Shown here: one piece after another, positions 34,638 through 42,023 of the stretch
Layout of the letters: each line of letters starts with the position of its first letter
How positions within the stretch are numbered: position 1 is the stretch's first letter
Virus record (IMG/VR): IMGVR_UViG_3300045988_159123
Coordinates: 1-42,023 of that record
DNA length: 42,023 nucleotides
Source: a virus
Strand: one strand, 5' to 3'
Made by a program: the position numbers and the translations under genes
Notes under the pieces: model-generated
What the model was told of the DNA's origin: nothing
What the model saw: the letters and a program-made list of their open reading frames with translations, nothing else
Database searches by the model: none

Positions 34638-35012
34638 ATGAGCAATGAAGAACTAAAAAAGAACATAGGAAATAGAATAAAGCAACTTAGAATTGAAGCT
34701 AATTTAACTCAAGAAGAATTAGCTAACAAATTAAAATCTGTAAAAGGGAAAAGCAGTATAGCTAATTATGAGAATGGTTCCAATCTTCCTAGCGATGAAG
34801 TAAAATTTCAATTATGCAATATTTTTAATTGTTCTTTGGATTACTTGATGTGTAAAACAGATATACGCAATTCAGAAGAGCAAATAAAACAAGAATTTGA
34901 ATTTGCTTATCATAAAGAAATGGAAGGATTAAGTGATGAAGAAATTGCAGATGCTCTAAGGTTTTATAAACAAATCAAATATGGTAACAAAGAAAATAAA
35001 TCTGATAATTAA
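34638..35012 (+). CDS. CI-like XRE-family repressor
   Basis: RBS GGAG before ATG 34638. The HTH reads IKQLRIEANLTQEELANKLK...SIANYENG. Confidence 0.8.
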   Translation: MSNEELKKNIGNRIKQLRIEANLTQEELANKLKSVKGKSSIANYENGSNLPSDEVKFQLCNIFNCSLDYLMCKTDIRNSEEQIKQEFEFAYHKEMEGLSDEEIADALRFYKQIKYGNKENKSDN

Positions 35013-35030
35013 TTTATTTTGGGGGCTATA

Positions 35031-35440
35031 ATGAATTTAAATAAATTATATGAGATTGCTGATAAAGAAAATATTACAATAATTAACTTTAAAATGAAAA
35101 ATAAGGCAATTATTGGTAGGATTGATAAAAAATATTGTATTCGGTTTAAATTACTCTCGAATCAAAACCTCGTGTGAAGAAAAGGAACTTTTAGCAGAAG
35201 AACTTGGACATTATTATCATAATGCTTTGTATAATGCTAATACAGATAAGCTAATAATAGAACAAAAAGAATATAGAGCTAATAAGTGGAAAAATACAAT
35301 ATTAATTACGATAAATGATTTTAAAGAGGCTTTTAATAAACGGAATGAGCACTGTTTATGATATTGCAGATTATTTTAGCTTATCTACTAATACTGTAGA
35401 ATTTGCTTATAATTATTATAAAGAAAATGGATATCTATAA
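35031..35440 (+). pseudogene. ImmA/IrrE-like metallopeptidase gene broken by two +1 frame changes
   Basis: Three consecutive frames read MNLNKLYEIADKENITIINFKMKNKAIIGRIDKK, then IVFGLNYSRIKTSCEEKELLAEELGHYYH...EAFNK, then GMSTVYDIADYFSLSTNTVEFAYNYYKENGYL. The first shift is at an A6 run (about 35125-35130). The zinc motif reads EELGH rather than HExxH. Confidence 0.6.
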
Positions 35441-35456
35441 CTTTTAAACAAAAGAT

Positions 35457-35486
35457 AAATGCTATTTTTTAGCATTTAATTTTTAT
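35457..35486 (+). terminator. Rho-independent terminator
   Basis: AAATGCTA-ttttt-TAGCATTT followed by aattttta. Confidence 0.6.
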
Positions 35487-35510
35487 CACTATAACGAAAG
35501 GATGTTTTGT

Positions 35511-36668
35511 ATGGCAAAAAGAGGTAATGGAGAAGGCTCTATTTTCTATTCTGAAAAATTAAATCGTTGGGTAGGCCAATTTACTGCTGGAAGAAAAGTG
35601 GATGGTAAATTGAATCGTAAATCTGTATATGGTAAAACCCGTAAAGAAGTAAAAGATAAAATGAATAAAGCTCTTGTAGATGTTAATAAAGGGCTTTTTA
35701 TTGACAAACAAGATATAACATTCAAAGAATTAATTGAAAACTATATAAGTTACAAATATGATACTAATCAGATTAGTGATAGAAGTTTTTTGAGAAATCA
35801 AGAAACTTTAAAACAAATAATAAAATGCGACTCTGCTTTTGCCAATAAAAATATACAAAAAATAACTACAGAAGATATAAAACATTTTTTGACTACCATT
35901 ACTATTTATTCTGATAGCTCTATAAAGAAAATGTATTCAATGATGAATAAAGCTTTTAAAATTGCAATGTCTGAAAAATATATAATATTCAATCCAACTA
36001 ATAGCGAAATTATAAAAAAACCAAATTCAGACAAAGAAAATAAAAAAATTGAAGCGTTAACCGTAGAAGAACAAAGAAATTTAATAAATGTTTTAGATTT
36101 AAATAGTAAATATGATTTAATTATTCTAATGCAATTATATACTGGTATGAGAATTGGAGAAGTTTTAGCATTAAAAAAAGAAGATATTGATATTAATAAT
36201 AATAAAATCTATATTCAAAGAACTTTAACAAGAAATAAAAATGATAAAGTTATATTAGGCAATAAAACAAAAACTGAAAATTCTGTTAGAAATATAACAA
36301 TTAATAGTTCTATTCATATTATACTATCAAATGCCTTTAAAATTGATTCTCATAACAAATACGGATTATTATTTTATGATGACGAAGAAGATAATTTTAT
36401 ATCTCCTAATGAATTAAATTCCTATTTACAAAGACTAAATAAAAAGTATTCTATCGCTAAACATATTCACACACATATGTTAAGACATACTTATGCTACA
36501 CGATGTATAGAAAGTGGAATGTCTGCAAAAGTTTTACAGAAAAAATTAGGCCATAAAAATATAACAACAACAATGGACACCTATGCATCTGTTTTCGAAA
36601 AATTTCAATTACAAGAAGACGACAAATTTAATGCATATTTAGATAAAGAAAATATTGGGTTGCATTAA
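35511..36668 (+). CDS. int: Tyrosine integrase
   Basis: Start MAKRGNGEGSI, with RBS AAAGGA. Catalytic-region motifs YTGMRIGEVLAL, HMLRHTYAT and LGHKNITTTMDTY. Confidence 0.9.
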   Translation: MAKRGNGEGSIFYSEKLNRWVGQFTAGRKVDGKLNRKSVYGKTRKEVKDKMNKALVDVNKGLFIDKQDITFKELIENYISYKYDTNQISDRSFLRNQETLKQIIKCDSAFANKNIQKITTEDIKHFLTTITIYSDSSIKKMYSMMNKAFKIAMSEKYIIFNPTNSEIIKKPNSDKENKKIEALTVEEQRNLINVLDLNSKYDLIILMQLYTGMRIGEVLALKKEDIDINNNKIYIQRTLTRNKNDKVILGNKTKTENSVRNITINSSIHIILSNAFKIDSHNKYGLLFYDDEEDNFISPNELNSYLQRLNKKYSIAKHIHTHMLRHTYATRCIESGMSAKVLQKKLGHKNITTTMDTYASVFEKFQLQEDDKFNAYLDKENIGLH

Positions 36669-36908
36669 AATTGCATTAAAAGTAAAATAAAAAACTATGT
36701 AATAAGCTATTTAAAGGCGTTACATAGTTTTTATTCTTGGTACCGATGGTGGTTTTTTACTTTTTTATAATTTCTCTTCTTTTTTTATAAATTTTTATAG
36801 CATGCTATTTTAGGCACTTTCCCAGCTTTTAAAACTTTTACACTTCTTACAATTTCACTTCATTTTTTACAACTTTTCTTTGGCGTTGCATTAAACGTTG
36901 CATTAAAA
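36660..36908. repeat. attP region: two tandem pairs of TTGCATTAAA arm-type repeats flanking about 215 bp
   Basis: Copies at 36660-36670, 36671-36681, 36886-36896 and 36898-36908, all in the same orientation, immediately 3' of int. Confidence 0.55.
36693..36735 (+). terminator. int terminator
   Basis: 10-bp stem, AACTATGTAA with TTACATAGTT, followed by tttatt. Confidence 0.6.
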
Positions 36909-37012
36909 TTATATCTTGCAAATTTTACTTATATAACATATCTATGTTCTTTCTTTATTATTTTGATACATTAAATATTTTTCAAAAAAATTAAAAAATA
37001 TTAAAAAAAGCG

Positions 37013-37042
37013 TTGACAATATACGTACGTATATTGTATAAT
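37013..37042 (+). promoter_or_regulatory. Consensus promoter with embedded 16-bp perfect palindrome (operator)
   Basis: TTGACA (37013-37018), an 18-nt spacer consisting of ATATACGTACGTATAT (37019-37034) plus tg, then TATAAT (37037-37042). Confidence 0.7.
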
Positions 37043-37074
37043 ATATACATACCAAGAAGAGAGGTGGTGATAAT

Positions 37075-37182
37075 ATGAAAAAATTAATAAAAAAAGTGCT
37101 TTCCTATCTAGCACATAGAAAAGCACAAAACACTAGAAAAAAAGAAGTTAAAGCGATGTTTGATATGCTAAACAATCTTTAA
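37075..37182 (+). CDS. 35-aa basic micro-ORF
   Basis: RBS GAGGTGGTGA. Translation MKKLIKKVLSYLAHRKAQNTRKKEVKAMFDMLNNL. Confidence 0.45.
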   Translation: MKKLIKKVLSYLAHRKAQNTRKKEVKAMFDMLNNL

Positions 37183-37187
37183 TCTAG

Positions 37188-37212
37188 GCAAGAGAGGAGC
37201 AATCCTCTCTGC
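37188..37212 (+). promoter_or_regulatory. Intercistronic hairpin with GCAA tetraloop
   Basis: GAGAGGA (37192-37198) pairs with TCCTCTC (37203-37209), extended by A-T and GC pairs around a bulge. There is no adjacent U-run. Confidence 0.45.
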
Positions 37213-37258
37213 ATATTAATTATAATATATTTTATTTTAAAATTCAAGGAGGTTAAAT

Positions 37259-37453
37259 ATGAAAGATAAATATGCAAACCAAAAAAAATATATGAAAAAA
37301 AATTTAGTAAAATTAGGTATTGATATAAAACCAGAAATTAGAGAAGAATTTAGAAAATGTTGTGAATTAAATAATACTTTGCCTTCACGTGTTCTTAAAG
37401 AATTTGTAAATAAATATATAGAAGAAACGCAAAAAAGAGGCAATAGAAATTAA
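37259..37453 (+). CDS. Ribbon-helix-helix (CopG/Arc-like) DNA-binding protein
   Basis: RBS AAGGAGG. The segment KKNLVKLGIDIKPEIREEFRKCCELNNTLPSRVLKEFVNKYIEE fits a beta-alpha-alpha RHH pattern. Confidence 0.5.
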   Translation: MKDKYANQKKYMKKNLVKLGIDIKPEIREEFRKCCELNNTLPSRVLKEFVNKYIEETQKRGNRN

Positions 37454-37471
37454 TCTACTGCCTCTTCTTTA

Positions 37472-37645
37472 TTATATATTATTTGCCAACTTTCTAATTT
37501 TTCTAAAACTTTTGGTTTGACTTATGAACCTTAAACTTTCTAAATTTAAAATTCTATAGTCTCGTACTAATTTAATGTATTCCTTTTTATTTTTTACATT
37601 TAGATTTTTTATCATTTGTAGAGATTTAATATACAGTTCTTTCAT
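37472..37645 (-). CDS. 57-aa hypothetical protein (not in track)
   Basis: RBS AAGGAGATG. Translation MKELYIKSLQMIKNLNVKNKKEYIKLVRDYRILNLESLRFISQTKSFRKIRKLANNI. Confidence 0.4.
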   Translation of the reverse strand: MKELYIKSLQMIKNLNVKNKKEYIKLVRDYRILNLESLRFISQTKSFRKIRKLANNI

Positions 37646-37712
37646 ACTATCATCTCCTTATTGATAGTATAGCATTTTATGTTTACTTTTGTCTCGCGAA
37701 ATTTGTCGAAAC

Positions 37713-37750
37713 AAAAAAGTAATTAGAATTTAATCTAATTACCTTTTTTT
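37713..37750. terminator. Bidirectional terminator after the toxin-candidate gene
   Basis: 9-bp stem, GTAATTAGA (37719-37727) with TCTAATTAC (37734-37742), flanked by A6 and T7. Confidence 0.7.
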
Positions 37751-38174
37751 ATTCTGGACATATTCTATGGTTTCTATCTAACCAACATATAAAAAATACT
37801 GCATTTTGTCTAAATCCAACTACTCTTGCTTTTTGGCTTACTCTTAATTCATAAAAACTAATATCTTTGCTAATTTTTTCTTTTATTGAATTTTCTGGTA
37901 ATCCTTTTGCATTATCTATCATTTTATATCTCAAACCAGTATGACGTTTTATGTCATTCCATGTCAAATTATTAATCTTGTCTATAAAATTAGAAAAACA
38001 TGCCAATTCATCTTTGCTCCATTCACTAAAACATTCAAAATTTTTATCAAAATATTTTAATGCAATATATGCTTGCTTTTCATCTGAATTTTCTCCATTA
38101 TTTGCTAGCCCTAATATTTTTATATCTTTATTTTCATTATTGTTTAATTTAGTCTGTGCTTTTATTCTCTTCAT
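37749..38174 (-). CDS. Uncharacterised 141-aa partner of the PanA-like antitoxin (toxin candidate)
   Basis: Its start shares the A of the upstream TAA (TAATG). The C-terminus FYELRVSQKARVVGFRQNAVFFICWLDRNH faintly resembles RelE/ParE-fold strands. Confidence 0.45.
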   Translation of the reverse strand: MKRIKAQTKLNNNENKDIKILGLANNGENSDEKQAYIALKYFDKNFECFSEWSKDELACFSNFIDKINNLTWNDIKRHTGLRYKMIDNAKGLPENSIKEKISKDISFYELRVSQKARVVGFRQNAVFFICWLDRNHRICPE

Positions 38175-38635
38175 TAAGCTTCCTGCATTTCTGTATAGAA
38201 ATTTTTCATAGTTTCTAATGAAATTGTGTTCTCACATCTAGCTTCTAATGGCAAGTCTCCTCTGGCTTCTTTCCAAGGTTTTTCTTGATGTGTTAATCTT
38301 TCTAAATACTTCGCTTCATAAATACCATAAATTTGCATTACTTGTTCTAAAACATCCTCTGTTTCTTTACTTAAATTAGGACATTCATCTGGCTGCGGTA
38401 TTTCTGAATAATGGTATTTTGAATATTCATCATAAACTTCTGGTACAACTGGTCCATGCGTCCATGCTTGAATTTTTTCATAAAACATAGGCTTACCTAA
38501 CAATACTAGACTCCAAGCTTGTGCATAATATAATAATTTTTGTAACTTCAAATGTGTAATACTATCCCCAGAATCTCTATCTACTGCACATAGAAACCAT
38601 TTTGCTATATCTTTTGCACTATATTCTCCTTTCAT
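38174..38635 (-). CDS. DUF4065 / Panacea (PanA, GepA/SocA-like) antitoxin-domain protein
   Basis: Contains THLKLQKLLYYAQAWSLVLLGKPMFYEKIQAWTHGPVVPEVYDEY. The preferred start is ATG 38635, after a GGGGGG run. Confidence 0.7.
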   Translation of the reverse strand: MKGEYSAKDIAKWFLCAVDRDSGDSITHLKLQKLLYYAQAWSLVLLGKPMFYEKIQAWTHGPVVPEVYDEYSKYHYSEIPQPDECPNLSKETEDVLEQVMQIYGIYEAKYLERLTHQEKPWKEARGDLPLEARCENTISLETMKNFYTEMQEA

Positions 38636-38735
38636 AAAATCGCCCCCCATAAATACAAAAAAAGCTTATTAATTTTGTAAAAATTTCAAAGCCTTCTTCT
38701 TGTATATTATTCACCTATTGTTTATTTCTGATACT

Positions 38736-38764
38736 ATTTTACTACATCATTTTAAATTTGTAAA
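38736..38764 (-). promoter_or_regulatory. Promoter for the PanA operon
   Basis: The minus strand reads TTTACA (38764-38759), a 17-nt spacer, then TAAAAT (38741-38736). Confidence 0.5.
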
Positions 38765-38782
38765 CAAAATTTTTAATCACAC

Positions 38783-38823
38783 AAAAAAAGAGGTGTAGCA
38801 TAACTAAATTACACTACACCTCT
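38783..38823 (-). terminator. Lysis-operon terminator
   Basis: 10-bp stem, AGAGGTGTAG with CTACACCTCT, followed by U7 on the minus strand, just after the endolysin stop. Confidence 0.75.
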
Positions 38824-38830
38824 TCTAATT

Positions 38831-40342
38831 TTATTTATAAACATTATTTTTAACATAAGCATATCTACCAGTTTTAACTACATAGACATAATCTACTGTA
38901 CTTGATACATTTTTTATAATTTTTACTTGTGTTAGCGGTAAATATGTATATTTAGTTCCTGTTAAATTTGATTTTGAATATAAATATGTTTTTGATTTTA
39001 ATCTTTTATACTGCCCTACAGTATTGTTTGTAGCTGTAGAACTAGAACTTGTATAATTAGAAATATTTATATATGCAATTCTTCCCGTTGAGTTCACTCT
39101 TACTTTATCTACATTAGAAGATATATTCTCTAATATAGTTACTGTTGTATTTGCTTTGTAAGTATATTTGGTTCCAGATAAATTACTTTTACTATATAAA
39201 TAACAAGCTTTTATCTTTCTTGTTTGTCCTATTGTATTATAAACATTTGAATTTGTATATGTAGATACTAAATAATCAGAATATACCCATCTATTTGTAC
39301 CTATTCTAGACCAATTTCCAGATGTTTCATACACTATAACACTTGTTCCATCTGCTAGTGCTCCTACCTTACCATATCCTGTACCTGGACCACTTCTTAC
39401 ATTTACCCCTACACCTGTGCTTGTTTTTACGTATCTAGTATAAGTAGATGTTGTTATATTACCTGTATTTTCTTGTACATTTCCATCGTGCTTATATGCA
39501 AAAAATCTTGTATAGTTTGCGTATCTTCTAAAATTATCTACAGAACAATACACAGTATTTCCACTAACTGTTACATTACCTCTTCTTGTAGAAGTATCAA
39601 ATTTGCCACTATACAAATATGGATCGTATATCCTTAGCGTATCTCCATCTATTCCAGTAATAACCATTAAATGTCCACCTGTTGTAAATAAACCATTACC
39701 ACAACTTACTATTAAATAGTTATTATCTTTTAATAAATCTACTGCTGTATCTAAGCTATATGTCTCTTGATATCCAATATCAAAGACATCTGCAACCCAT
39801 CTAAAAGCTGATAAATATGTACCATTTGATGCACTTCTATATCCATTATTTACGAATAAGTCAGCCATTTCAGGTGGTGTTATAGTTCCTTTTATAGCTG
39901 TAACAATCATTGCAGCACTCGTCGGTCCACATCCACTAGTTCCAACAGTTTGCGAACTATCTCCTACAGAACTATACATATGATTCTTCCATCTAGCATC
40001 AATTTGTGAGTAATATGTTAAACCTGAATAACTACCTAAATTTACACTAGGAAATTGACTAGAGCCTTCATAAGCTATTTGTCCTTGTAATTCAAAATCT
40101 TCGTTTTCTACTTCTTGTTCTTTTCCTATTTTTTCTTCTTCTGCTTCTGTTTGCTCTGTTATTTCTGTTGTACTTAATGCTTCTATATCCTCATTAGTCA
40201 TCTTATATGTTTGTATATTATTTTCTTCTGCATTTCCTTGTGTTGTTTCTGTTATTCTTGTCGACAAGCCAAAGTAAACACCTAAGCATAATATTATAAC
40301 TATAACTATTGCTACAAAAATCTTATACTTTTTATTGTTCAT
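38831..40342 (-). CDS. Endolysin: N-terminal signal-anchor, C39-like cysteine peptidase domain, and SH3b-type wall-binding repeats
   Basis: TM segment KIFVAIVIVIILCLGVYFGL. Peptidase region YYSQIDARW...GTSGCGPTSAAMIV. SH3b-like VNVRSGPGTGYGKVGALADGTSV plus two repeats of the form YLYSKSNL(S/T)GTKYTY. It follows the holin. Confidence 0.7.
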   Translation of the reverse strand: MNNKKYKIFVAIVIVIILCLGVYFGLSTRITETTQGNAEENNIQTYKMTNEDIEALSTTEITEQTEAEEEKIGKEQEVENEDFELQGQIAYEGSSQFPSVNLGSYSGLTYYSQIDARWKNHMYSSVGDSSQTVGTSGCGPTSAAMIVTAIKGTITPPEMADLFVNNGYRSASNGTYLSAFRWVADVFDIGYQETYSLDTAVDLLKDNNYLIVSCGNGLFTTGGHLMVITGIDGDTLRIYDPYLYSGKFDTSTRRGNVTVSGNTVYCSVDNFRRYANYTRFFAYKHDGNVQENTGNITTSTYTRYVKTSTGVGVNVRSGPGTGYGKVGALADGTSVIVYETSGNWSRIGTNRWVYSDYLVSTYTNSNVYNTIGQTRKIKACYLYSKSNLSGTKYTYKANTTVTILENISSNVDKVRVNSTGRIAYINISNYTSSSSTATNNTVGQYKRLKSKTYLYSKSNLTGTKYTYLPLTQVKIIKNVSSTVDYVYVVKTGRYAYVKNNVYK

Positions 40343-40352
40343 TTTAGACCTC

Positions 40353-40637
40353 CTATACTATAAATTTTTGTATAGCTTCTTTTACTTTATCGTAACCTAA
40401 TTGACTTACTAAACTAGATGCTAAACCAATTAAAACAGCATAGATTACATTGTTAGTTGAAAAATGTATGCTTCCTAACTGATAATATAATAATGTTCCT
40501 ACTAAACCTATTACTATTGCTACTACAAAAGCTGTTATATTTCCATCTGCACTAAATAACTTCTTTATTGCTTCTGTTACTAAACTAGCTAATGTAGAAA
40601 AGCCAAGTAATAAAGCTAAAAAAATCTCTACTGTCAT
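40353..40637 (-). CDS. Holin
   Basis: 94 aa with three hydrophobic segments and a charged C-terminus, immediately upstream of the endolysin. Confidence 0.7.
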   Translation of the reverse strand: MTVEIFLALLLGFSTLASLVTEAIKKLFSADGNITAFVVAIVIGLVGTLLYYQLGSIHFSTNNVIYAVLIGLASSLVSQLGYDKVKEAIQKFIV

Positions 40638-40652
40638 CTCAATTTCTCCCTT

Positions 40653-40991
40653 CTATAATAATCCTAATTTTTTTACTTCTTCCCATTTATCATGCACATA
40701 TGAATTTCCACCATTTTTTACATATCTTTCATATATTTCATATGTACGTTTAATTTGTACTTCTGTCTTTGGTACTCCATTCTCTAAGTCACTTAAGAAA
40801 TTAATTAGATATGTTTTATCTGCATCTATTGTATGCTCTAACATATCTTCCTTACTTTCTTTTCGCATAAAATCAAGTTTATTATTTATATCATTTATGT
40901 TTTCTATTTTTTTATTAGTTTTTTTACTTATTACTGTATTGATTATGGTTCCTAATGCAGTAATAAATGCTACTATTATTGTACTTTCCAT
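40653..40991 (-). CDS. N-terminally anchored lysis-cassette protein
   Basis: TM segment IIVAFITALGTIINTVI followed by a soluble domain. First gene of the lysis block. Confidence 0.4.
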   Translation of the reverse strand: MESTIIVAFITALGTIINTVISKKTNKKIENINDINNKLDFMRKESKEDMLEHTIDADKTYLINFLSDLENGVPKTEVQIKRTYEIYERYVKNGGNSYVHDKWEEVKKLGLL

Positions 40992-41018
40992 AATTTCTTC
41001 CTTTATATAAACAAATTA

Positions 41019-41054
41019 AAGAACATTAACAGCATTAAGCTTATTAATGTTCTT
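41019..41054 (-). terminator. Hairpin between the fibre genes and the lysis cassette
   Basis: 11-bp stem, AAGAACATTAA with TTAATGTTCTT. The U-tract on the minus strand is only modest. Confidence 0.45.
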
Positions 41055-41081
41055 TTTACAATTCTTAATATCTTCATGTTT

Positions 41082-41891
41082 TTATTCCTCTATAAATAAA
41101 TACGGATAAATTATACTTGTTTTATCAACATACGTTACTATAAAATCACTTTCATTTGCATTTTCATCTGGTTTAATATATATTTGTTTCCAATTTTGAT
41201 TTATTTGTGTTTTATTTTTACTAAAGAAAGTTATAGAACTAATAAAATCGTCATTTTGTGTTTTTCCGAATGTTGCTAATTTTCCATTGCAATTAACAAA
41301 ATTATCTTCCAAATCAAACTGTACATTTATTGCAAAAGCTTTACAATTTAACATATCTCCATACTCTTCTTTTTCAATTGATATATTATTTGGAATATCT
41401 ACATATAGTATTTTATTGAATAAGTTATCTCCTTTTTCAATATTACGTTTATTTATTTTTTGTATAACAATAAAACTTCCGTCAGTTGTTTGTGTTACTG
41501 TTTCTCCAATATTTCCATCTAAATCTGCGTATCCATATATTTTAAATTCTATATTTCCATCTGGCATGTCTTCTGTAATCTTTATCTCTCCTGCATATGT
41601 CGTCGAAGTATCCGCATTAACGTTTATAAAAACCCTAGCTTGTACTCCTGCTATTGTCATTTCTGGTGCTTTACCAATTTTATTTGATGGTAAATTCACT
41701 CTAGCATATACCCATATAGTATCTCCAACTTTTGCAGGGTCATTTTGTGGTCTTGAATTATTTTGAATACGTACAAAAGTTAAAGTTGGTGGCTCTGCTT
41801 TTCTGTATACAATTTTATTATTTATTTTTGCTTCTACTACTGTTCTGCCATTAATTCGCATATCTTTTATTCTAATTTGAGATGCCATCAT
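41082..41891 (-). CDS. Receptor-binding/tail-fibre-type protein, paralogue C with Ig-like domain
   Basis: RBS AGAGGTG before ATG 41891. The N-terminal anchor is IRIKDMRINGRTVVEAKINNKIVYRK. The Ig-like segment reads KIYGYADLDGNIG. Confidence 0.55.
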   Translation of the reverse strand: MMASQIRIKDMRINGRTVVEAKINNKIVYRKAEPPTLTFVRIQNNSRPQNDPAKVGDTIWVYARVNLPSNKIGKAPEMTIAGVQARVFINVNADTSTTYAGEIKITEDMPDGNIEFKIYGYADLDGNIGETVTQTTDGSFIVIQKINKRNIEKGDNLFNKILYVDIPNNISIEKEEYGDMLNCKAFAINVQFDLEDNFVNCNGKLATFGKTQNDDFISSITFFSKNKTQINQNWKQIYIKPDENANESDFIVTYVDKTSIIYPYLFIEE

Positions 41892-41916
41892 AGACACCTC
41901 TTTTCTCTAGAACTAG

Positions 41917-42023
<107 letters not shown>

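Noticed and set aside
36736-36752. tggtaccgatggtgg as the reverse complement of a tRNA 3' end (attP core in a tRNA gene)
   Set aside because: Read as ...CCACCATCGGTACCA, the spacing does not fit T-stem plus 7-nt acceptor strand plus discriminator plus CCA, and no T-loop sequence follows. It is kept only as an unspecific core candidate.
36660-36908. CRISPR-like array (repeated TTGCATTAAA)
   Set aside because: The units are only 10-11 bp long, directly abut without spacers, occur as two pairs, and lie next to an integrase. Arm-type recombinase sites explain them better. No CRISPR array is present anywhere in the window.

Overview
The window is one complete, circularly closed genome (bases 1-99 are identical to 41925-42023, about 41.9 kb unique) of a temperate siphovirus-type phage or prophage. 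It has an HK97-like head module and a long non-contractile tail. The sequence is visibly very AT-rich with strong GGAGG-type ribosome-binding sites, which suggests a low-GC Firmicute (Clostridia-like) host; the host is inference only. Nearly all genes are on the minus strand, in this transcription order: early and replication genes (34.4 to 26.2 kb); an IS110-family insertion (24.6-26.2 kb, plus strand); a late-regulator region with a tRNA(CAU) (24.6 to 22.5 kb); a glycosyltransferase, HNH and a putative cos site (22.0 to 19.9 kb); terminase, portal, protease and capsid (19.9 to 14.5 kb); head-tail joining, tail and tape measure (14.5 to 8.7 kb); a promoter/terminator-bounded moron (8.7 to 7.6 kb); then Dit, Tal, baseplate and fibre genes (7.6 to 0.07 kb, continuing across the circle junction to 41.9-41.1 kb); and the lysis cassette (41.0 to 38.8 kb). 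The plus strand carries the lysogeny module: a CI-like repressor, a twice-frameshifted ImmA-like gene, a tyrosine integrase, and attP with TTGCATTAAA arm repeats. The most interesting accessory content: (i) the IS110-family element, whose 5' leader folds into two similar internal-loop stem-loops, a bridge-RNA candidate; (ii) a DUF4065/Panacea (PanA)-type antitoxin translationally coupled to an uncharacterised 141-aa partner; (iii) a perfect (GT)14 microsatellite between two paralogous receptor-binding-type genes; (iv) a membrane-anchored moron between the tape measure and Dit; (v) a phage-encoded SPFH/prohibitin protein; (vi) an operator-containing consensus promoter driving a micro-ORF plus an RHH protein next to attP; (vii) an exact copy of the 16S rRNA 3' anti-SD tail between two terminators downstream of the tRNA. 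All functional calls come from reading the translations by eye. No database search was run.
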